Positions 57,225 to 64,000 of a stretch of 64,000 bases of DNA are shown here, piece by piece; within the stretch, counting starts at the first letter, position 1; every line of letters starts with the position of its first letter. Source of the DNA: a virus; the IMG/VR virus record IMGVR_UViG_3300023118_000001, positions 23,407-87,406 of that record; one strand, written 5' to 3'. The position numbers were made by a program, and so were the translations under genes. The notes beneath the pieces are model-generated. The model worked only from the letters and a program-made list of their open reading frames with translations. It was not told the DNA's origin and did no database searches.

Positions 57225-58716
57225 TTATTCGGACTCACCGTCATGGGTGAGGCATTTGAGTTTGCTGATCTGATCGAGCAGCGTGTTCTGGCGGACCTGC
57301 GACTCGGCGCGGTCAGTCTGCAACGCCTCCTCGAGGACCTTGATCTTGACCGCGGTGATGTCGATGGTGTCGGGCACCTCGACCTCGACTTCGACTTCCT
57401 GTACCAGCGCTTCGCTGCGGTACTTGATGTCACCGGTGTCCGGGTTCCAGCGGCTCAGGGCATACTGCGGCTTGCCGTCGTGGGTCCGGGTGATGCCGAC
57501 GCACAGGTACATCTTGAATTTCTGTTTCATAGTCCGAAGTCCTTATTACAGGTGGGGTTTTTCCTCACCGAGTTCGCTGGCGACCCCGGTGTGGATGCTG
57601 ATGGCGTGCCATTTTCCGGCTTGGTAGCGCCACATGGCCATGCTGCGCTGCACGGTGGGCGGCGACATGCCTGGCAGGTTGGGTGATTCGTGGAACAGGG
57701 TTACCCGGCCTTCACCGGCGGCTTCCACCGCGTCGATGCAGACCTGCACCGTGTCCTCGACCGTTTGGTAGCGGCCTTCTTGGTAGAAGGCCGCCTCGAA
57801 AATGCGTCCCATGGTTCGCTCCTACAGGGTGCCGGCCAGTACCAGGCCGGCGTAGACGACTGGCTCGTTTTCCATGCCGTCTGCGATGGTTTTGAGTGCC
57901 TTGCCCAGGTGTTCGGCCAGCAGGAATTGCTGCCGGTACAGGGCATATTGCGGCGTCGGCCACATGGTCGACTGGCCTGTGCATTCGTGGCAGTTGTAGG
58001 TCAGCTGCTTGATGCCACTGCTGCTTGATGCACCTCCGGCGCCGCAGATAATGCAGCGGTACTGCTGGCCCTGATTGGGCCCGGCATAGTGCGACTGCCA
58101 CGTCACGTTGTCGTGACTGAACATCCCCTTCCACTCCGGCATTTCACCCTGCCGGGTTCGCTCCCACCGCTTGAGCAGGACCTCGGCGGCGGTTTCCGGC
58201 GAGGTGCCGAGGGCGTCGGCCAGTCCACCCAGGCTTGTGCGGATCTCGTCTGCGAGCCGCTTGACCTGAGCCTTGCGTTCTTCGTCGTTCATCGAACCAT
58301 CCTCCCGTGACTGATCACCTGCCACGTTTGATCGAACGGCGCCGTGGCCACCACTTCGTGGCTGACCGGGCCGCAGATATTTTCAATCAGGTCGCTGATG
58401 GTCTTGGTGAGCGCAGAGGCCTGGTCCTTGTCGAGCACGGCCTTGATCTCCACCGAGACGGTGGTGCGCACTTCATTGCTCATGCGCCCTCCTTAATCTC
58501 GCCAACCAGCGTGGAATCGACGAAGTTCAAGCGGTCGTCGATACCGCACTCAGGTGTTTCGTAGCCCGCCTCGGCGATCGCAAATTTTTCTGCGGCGCCG
58601 TGGTCCCAGGCCCGCACCGGCCACATCGTGGGGCAGGAATGCAGGGCGCCATCGACGACCACCACGAACAGCTGTGGGCCTTCGCCGAGGGTCGGTACAA
58701 GTTTGATTTTGGTCAT
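57225..58716 (-). other. small early genes (57225-57530, 57546-57812, 57822-58292 zinc ribbon, 58289-58483, 58480-58716)
   Basis: coupled ORFs with RBSs. Confidence 0.6.
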
Positions 58717-59108
58717 GCGACCTCCTTGAGCAGCGCCTTTACCTTGCGTGTTAGGCGGCGGCTCACCGGGATTTTATGGGCGAGCAGGCCCATCCGATCG
58801 CCGTAGCGGACGTTGGTCAGGATCTCGATGACCCACGTCGATCCCTCTCGCCAGTGGCTCAGGCCAGGCAGCAAGTCGTTGGGCACCAGATAGCTGCGGT
58901 GCACCATGGTCACCTTGCCGGCCAGCGTGGCCTCGATTTCATGCAGCGGGACATTGAGGACGAACGAGCCGGAGGTTTTGGTATAGGCCACCACCGCCTT
59001 GTGCTCGGCTTGAAAGAACGCGATGTTCTCGATCGGCGTTCGGATGAACACGCCGAGGCGGTAGGCCTCGACGTGCTCGGTGGTTACTGCGTCGGGGTTG
59101 CGCTTCAT
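58713..59108 (-). CDS. stand-alone LytTR DNA-binding domain protein
   Basis: IENIAFFQAEHKAV..., L..PL.E.E..L, VHRSYLV, IPVSRR. Confidence 0.85.
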   Translation of the reverse strand: MKRNPDAVTTEHVEAYRLGVFIRTPIENIAFFQAEHKAVVAYTKTSGSFVLNVPLHEIEATLAGKVTMVHRSYLVPNDLLPGLSHWREGSTWVIEILTNVRYGDRMGLLAHKIPVSRRLTRKVKALLKEVA

Positions 59109-60703
59109 TGGTCAGCCCATCCTGTCAGTGTGTAGGTGTCGGTCCAGTCCTTTTCGCACCCGTTGCAGCCGACTTTCTGGAAGGCCTTGCCTTGGTCGAT
59201 GATGACGGGGCCACCTTCGATGTCCGTGTCACCGCAGAAGGGGCAGACGTTGCCACCCTTGGCGACATATTCCTCGCTGGTTAGCAGGTTACCTTGACTC
59301 ATTGCTTACTCCTTGAGCAGTGCGTCTAGGCACTGCATCAGCTGCTTGTGGTACTTCTGTGTGGGCGGCACGCAGTGGTCGTCCAGCAACTCCGGTGCCC
59401 GCTGGTCCTCGCACATCCACCACAGTGGCTTGGGGTTGGTCCAGAGGTGATGCACCAGGTCGCCGTGCAGCCTGCCCACCCAATCCTCCAGCACCGGGCT
59501 GGCCCAAACGATCACACCGTTCAAGGTGTACCAGTGGGAGGCTTGAGGCGGACCTTGCTTGCCCTTGCGCCAGTAGACTTGGTAGTGGGCCATGGCTACA
59601 CCTTGGCGTTGTAGGCTTCGACGATGGCGTCTGCTGCCCAGCGGTGTTTGTCGTACTCGGCCTGCACCTCGCCGATGAACACTGGCGCCACCTCACCCAG
59701 GCACAGGTCGAATTCAGAGTCTTCGCTGCCCTCCAACTTGAAGGTGAACCCGTACTCGATGCAGCCGCTGGCACGGGAAGACGCGTAAGTTTCGTGGTGC
59801 ATCCTCAGGAGGTCCATTAGATGAACCCCTTGAAATCCACGTCGATACGCAGTGGCCGGGACTCGTAGAAGAACGTGCCGTTGCAGTAAGGGCACGTCGC
59901 CAGGCTGTCCCACATCTCACCGCTGCCCTTGGCCGGGCGGGCAATCTTCAGCTGGTGATCACAGTCCTCGTTGGGGCAGTCGATCTCGTGGTGGGCCTTG
60001 GTGTTGCAGCGCTGCCAGTAAGCCTCGTAGCGCTTGATGGATTCGGCCTTGTCGGCCGGTTTGCGCAGGTCGTTGTTCATTCGACCTCCTCGGCGTAGTC
60101 CGCCTCGACCTGGGTTACGGTGTCCCCGTCCACTTCCCAATAGCTGGCCGCGCTTGGGGCGTTCTTCACCGCCAGTTCCATGGCCTCGTCTTCGTCAGCC
60201 GCCTCGACCTCGAGGCTGTAACGCAGATCGATCCGTGCGTTCATTTCTACCTTGTATTTAGGCATGTCAGCGATACCCGTCCAGACCATCGTTGTGAGGG
60301 CAGGTCCCGACCGGGACCTGAGCGTTTGCCGGAGGCTCTTGGCGGGCCGGGCGGTTATAGGGGTTGTTCACGATGCCTCCTTGACGATCTTGCGAAGCGC
60401 GGCGTGGAAGTGAGCCAAGTCCAGCATATCCTCGGCGTGATCGTTGCCACCCATCCAGTTCCACTTGCCGCTGTAGATGTTCAGGCGATCACCCAGGCCC
60501 AGCTTGCGGGCTTCGACATGATCGAAGAAGCGGGTGCAGATGCAGCAGTCGTCACCGATGCTGATCCACAGGGCTCGGCCCTTGGTGTTGATGGTGTGGC
60601 TGTAACTGGTGACGTTGTTTTCCAGCGGCACCGCGCCGAGGTCAGTGATGATCTTCAGCGCGGCGGCCTGGTAGGCGGCGATTTCCTTTTTAGTTCGGTT
60701 CAT
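59105..60703 (-). other. small early genes (59105-59302 zinc ribbon, 59306-59593, 59596-59817, 59817-60080 zinc ribbon, 60077-60265, 60368-60703)
   Basis: coupled ORFs; CPFC..CNGC and C....C..CPYC motifs. Confidence 0.6.
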
Positions 60704-61637
60704 CAGGCTTGCCCTTGTTGTTCCCCTTCCACACCTTGAAGTCGACCTTGTCGGTGCGGGTCGTGGTGAATGTGTAGGTGGTCTCGCCAACGTCGCTGAG
60801 CAGCTCAAGCCACACGTATTCGTCACGGTAGGCGAGGACTTGGCACAGGTGGGGCGCTGTGCTGTGGAAGCCCCATATGGTGTTGTGCGGCGTGACCCAG
60901 CAAGTGGTGCCTACCGGTGGGTTGCCGGTGCCGTCCCACACTTTGGTGAGGATCTCGATCTTCTCCTCAGGCTTGAGCAGCCCGCCCACGAACTGGGCGG
61001 TCACCTTCTCAGGCTCGGCGTAGGCCAGGCAGACGCTGGTCAGCGTCTGCTCACTGATACCTTTGTCCAGTGCGTGCTTCCAGGCCGACTTGACGGCCGT
61101 CTCCAGCGACCCGGTGCCCTTCACACCCTCAGTCATGCAGCGCCAGCCCACGGCGGCTGTAAAAGCGAACGTGTAACCGGCGCTTTCCAGCGTGTTTTTC
61201 ATCGCGTCGATGGGTAAAGGCTCGACACTTAACGAGACATACGTCTCCTGCATCTTGCGCACGTCGATGGTCAGGCCGGCGCTGATCATCTTGCTGATCA
61301 TCTGCTCCAGCTGTGACTGCGCCGCTCGATACTCGCGGCCCTCAAGCCCCTTGAGGATGTTCTGCTCGCTGGGATTGAGTTTGCGCTGCTGGCGCTGCGC
61401 CTCGTCCAGCTGCACCCGCTTCAGCGTCCCATCCCACTCGCGGATCGCATCACGCCAGGCAGCCTCCTGAGAAGGCTGCAAGGCACTCACCCGGTTGCCA
61501 CGCATGTAACGCCAGTAGCAGATCCCGTAGGACTTGCCCGAGCTGTTCATGCCGTTGATACCAGTGCCCACCACCTCGAAGCCGATCTGTTGCAGCTCCT
61601 CGACGCGGGCCTGTTCTTGTTCGGTTAGTTTGGCCAT
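60690..61637 (-). CDS. hypothetical protein
   Basis: AAGGA RBS; C-terminal WDG.G.PPVGT.C motif seen in phage proteins. Confidence 0.65.
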   Translation of the reverse strand: MAKLTEQEQARVEELQQIGFEVVGTGINGMNSSGKSYGICYWRYMRGNRVSALQPSQEAAWRDAIREWDGTLKRVQLDEAQRQQRKLNPSEQNILKGLEGREYRAAQSQLEQMISKMISAGLTIDVRKMQETYVSLSVEPLPIDAMKNTLESAGYTFAFTAAVGWRCMTEGVKGTGSLETAVKSAWKHALDKGISEQTLTSVCLAYAEPEKVTAQFVGGLLKPEEKIEILTKVWDGTGNPPVGTTCWVTPHNTIWGFHSTAPHLCQVLAYRDEYVWLELLSDVGETTYTFTTTRTDKVDFKVWKGNNKGKPDEPN

Positions 61638-61640
61638 TTC

Positions 61641-62141
61641 TTAGTCCTTTTCTGGTTGTAACTCGTTGTTCTTCTGTGAGATTTGAGGGAAAACCTTTCT
61701 CACAGGCTCCTTTAAAGCCTTCACTTTGTCGGTGTGCCCGTCCATCTTCAGAACCTGCCAGCGAATCCATCTGTAGGCCTCGACATGGTCAGCGAACCGC
61801 TTGTAAATGATGCTCACCGCCGTGTGCCCAGGCTCCCATCGGCCGCGCAACGTCTTCATCTCCAGCCCCAGGAACGCGGCGATTGCCGCCTCCCCCACAT
61901 ACACCTCGCCGTCTGCGGCGGTGAACTGCATGTAGCCGCGCTGGTGGTTCCAGATGAACCCGTAAGCATTGAACCGGGCGTCATAACAGGCCACGTCCCG
62001 AAAGAGTGAATACAGCAGATCACGACCGTGCAGTGCGCCTTTGCGGTCATGAACTTCGCCCATCAGGCAGTCGATCATCTCCCAGTGGGGGCGGATCAGC
62101 GGTTGGTTTTTCATGATAACGACCTTGGGAACCTCACCCAT
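61641..62141 (-). CDS. hypothetical protein
   Basis: ORF in operon; start 62141 or 62114. Confidence 0.6.
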   Translation of the reverse strand: MGEVPKVVIMKNQPLIRPHWEMIDCLMGEVHDRKGALHGRDLLYSLFRDVACYDARFNAYGFIWNHQRGYMQFTAADGEVYVGEAAIAAFLGLEMKTLRGRWEPGHTAVSIIYKRFADHVEAYRWIRWQVLKMDGHTDKVKALKEPVRKVFPQISQKNNELQPEKD

Positions 62142-62170
62142 TTGTGAGGATAGAGTGTCGGACCTAAGCC

Positions 62171-63463
62171 TTATTTGTCGCTACTTAGCGAGAGAGGCTT
62201 GTACTTGTAGACGGGGAGTCCGTCCCCGGTTGTGCGCAGGACATACAGCTGACTCTTGCTGAGCGTGGTGCTCCAGAGAGGCCAGGCAGTCGACTTCAGG
62301 CGCCTTGCCCGACGGGTGTCCCGCTCCTTAATACGCAGGGATAAAGCATCACCGCGCAGCTCAGACTCACATTTGAACTGAGCCTGCATCTCGATCATGT
62401 CGATCGCCCGGTCAACCTCGTCTGCCTTAATGAACGTCTCACCGCGCCGCTCGGCGTCCTGCACTGCAAAGCTAGTCCAGTTTGCGATGGATATCCCGGT
62501 TAGTAGCGAGATTCCGACCAGCGCTTCAGCGCTCATTTTGTCGTTGTAGGAGATGCGCTGGATGATCTTTCGAGCCATCAGGACCTCACCGTCAGCCACC
62601 GCGTCATCCGGCCGGCCACTAATGTCCAGCTTTTCCCACTCCTGCTCGAACACTTTACGAACCGCACGCCAGTAGTTGACGTCGTTCAGGTTGATCGGGT
62701 GGCGTCCAACCGCAGCGAGTTCGGTCATCTCGCCACCTTGCGGGTCCATCAGCAGCTCGGCTTCAGCGATCACCTTGTCCTTCCACGACAGCAGCAGGCG
62801 GTGCAGCGAGTCGCCGTAAGCGCCGTCCTTGATTAGGAGTTTGGCGTAGCTGCCCCCGCGCGGCAGGTTCAGCAGGAAGTCCTGACGCTGGCTGAGGTGG
62901 TTGAACTTGCGAGTGGTCCTGAGCAGAGTCGGGTCCTCGTGGCGAATGCCAGGCCCGAAGCCCACGTTTGACAGCGCCTTCTGCAGGGTCAGCGCCTTGG
63001 GCGGATCGGGGAAGAACTCCATGACCTCGAGCGCCCTGTAGCACAACTCCTCCACCGCCTTGGTGGTGACGCCGCCCAACAGGTAAGGGACCAGGCAGGG
63101 GCTGACCGGGCCATAGGTGGCCAGATCCTGCCGAGGGCCCAGCGCGCCCTTTATCAGCTGCTCGCAGTAGATGCCCAGCACCCTGTCGCTGTAGCGCACC
63201 GGGCCAATAAGACTGCGGTAGACCTCAGGCGAGTTCTGCGTGGTGGCTTGGAGCAGGCCGTTGGCGAAGTAGTTGGCGGCGGTGATCATCTCGGCGCTGT
63301 CGCTGTCTAGGCGAGTGCCGGTGATTCGAAGGCTGGCTTGAACGTCGCCCAGCGGGGTATAGCAGGCCAGTCCGTTGGTGCGCTTACGCTTGACGGAGCG
63401 GTCTACGCCGCGGGGTTTGGTCAGTTCGGCCACCTGATAGGGGGTCAGCTTTTTAAACTGCAC
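62171..63463 (-). CDS. large hypothetical protein, first gene of the leftward unit
   Basis: AAGGAG RBS before GTG at 63463; about 430 aa; no recognisable motif. Confidence 0.65.
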   Translation of the reverse strand: MQFKKLTPYQVAELTKPRGVDRSVKRKRTNGLACYTPLGDVQASLRITGTRLDSDSAEMITAANYFANGLLQATTQNSPEVYRSLIGPVRYSDRVLGIYCEQLIKGALGPRQDLATYGPVSPCLVPYLLGGVTTKAVEELCYRALEVMEFFPDPPKALTLQKALSNVGFGPGIRHEDPTLLRTTRKFNHLSQRQDFLLNLPRGGSYAKLLIKDGAYGDSLHRLLLSWKDKVIAEAELLMDPQGGEMTELAAVGRHPINLNDVNYWRAVRKVFEQEWEKLDISGRPDDAVADGEVLMARKIIQRISYNDKMSAEALVGISLLTGISIANWTSFAVQDAERRGETFIKADEVDRAIDMIEMQAQFKCESELRGDALSLRIKERDTRRARRLKSTAWPLWSTTLSKSQLYVLRTTGDGLPVYKYKPLSLSSDK

Positions 63464-63479
63464 TGTATGTACTCCTTTT

Positions 63480-64000
63480 ACGAGTTTTTCGGCGTTTTTG
63501 AGGCCCGCCGGAGGGCGAATATATAACAAAACGCAGAAAAAGGGTACGGGGACTTAGACGAAAAAATCGAAAAATTATAATCCCCAAAAAGTTTCGAGGG
63601 TATCTGTGTGCGCAAATAGGTGGGAGTGAATCTCGTCCACTGTTTGCGCGGCGCTGACGTTTTCGGCCAACTATAATTCTTGGATAACTTTTACCCTTTA
63701 TTTGTAGGGTAGGCTGAGGGGAAGGGTATATGGGAAAATGAGGGGGTAGGTGTCTGCGACGGGGTTGGTGAGCACGGCGCCGTGGGTTTTGTATAAGCTG
63801 AGGAGCTTAACCACAGTATGAAAATGTGCTGAAACCCTAGAACAATTTACGAGAACACCTACCAGTATTAGGTTTGTTGAAAGTGGCTGAAACTGGCGAT
63901 TTATATCAGGGTCTCAGCAGCAATCCATACTCCCCTCACAGCGATCCCTTATATCTCCCCCATACCCCCTCTATACCCCCTCTTCTTGTTAACTCTGTAA
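63480..64000. promoter_or_regulatory. AT-richer non-coding control region
   Basis: no ORF; A-tracts; TATAAT at 63576 and 63672; G-tracts on + strand and C-tracts near the end. Confidence 0.55.

Noticed and set aside
18038-57250. Long + strand ORFs opposite sbcC, polA, dcm and the YadA-like gene (18038-19699, 28080-30287, 46918-48954, 55541-57250)
   Set aside because: Same antisense-shadow artefact
63550-63680. Specific sigma70 promoters at the TATAAT hexamers
   Set aside because: No convincing -35 element at 16-18 bp spacing, so not called individually
1-64000. tRNA, rRNA, integrase, repressor or IS elements
   Set aside because: None recognised by eye; lifestyle cannot be decided from this window

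Overview
A 64-kb segment of a GC-rich dsDNA tailed phage with a lambda-type non-contractile tail tip (siphovirus morphology). The host is probably Pseudomonas or a related gammaproteobacterium; this is inferred from the gene families and is not verified. The + strand (1-16.6 kb) carries the tape-measure C-terminus, tail genes M-L-K-I-J, accessory tail genes, a holin/GH19 endolysin/Rz-Rz1 lysis cassette and a second cluster of fibre-like genes. The - strand (16.6-63.5 kb) carries recombination and replication genes (SbcCD, ATP ligase, RecU-like nuclease, dNMP kinase, DnaQ exonuclease, full Pol I, ThyX, two MazG-like proteins, SNF2 helicase, TraR-like protein, primase-helicase, Dda helicase), a C5 DNA methyltransferase and a long run of small early genes, followed by a non-coding control region. 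The main finding is a 1037-aa tail-module protein whose C-terminal domain has the motifs of PelA/GH114-GH166 alpha-1,4-galactosaminidases, a candidate Pel-degrading virion enzyme. Other notable items are a stand-alone AlgR-like LytTR domain, a YadA-type trimeric autotransporter, a 123-aa mini-PolA fragment, a degenerate dUTPase inverted inside the late region, and two families of repeated palindromes. I saw no tRNA, CRISPR array or integrase. All calls come from reading motifs by eye; no searches were run.
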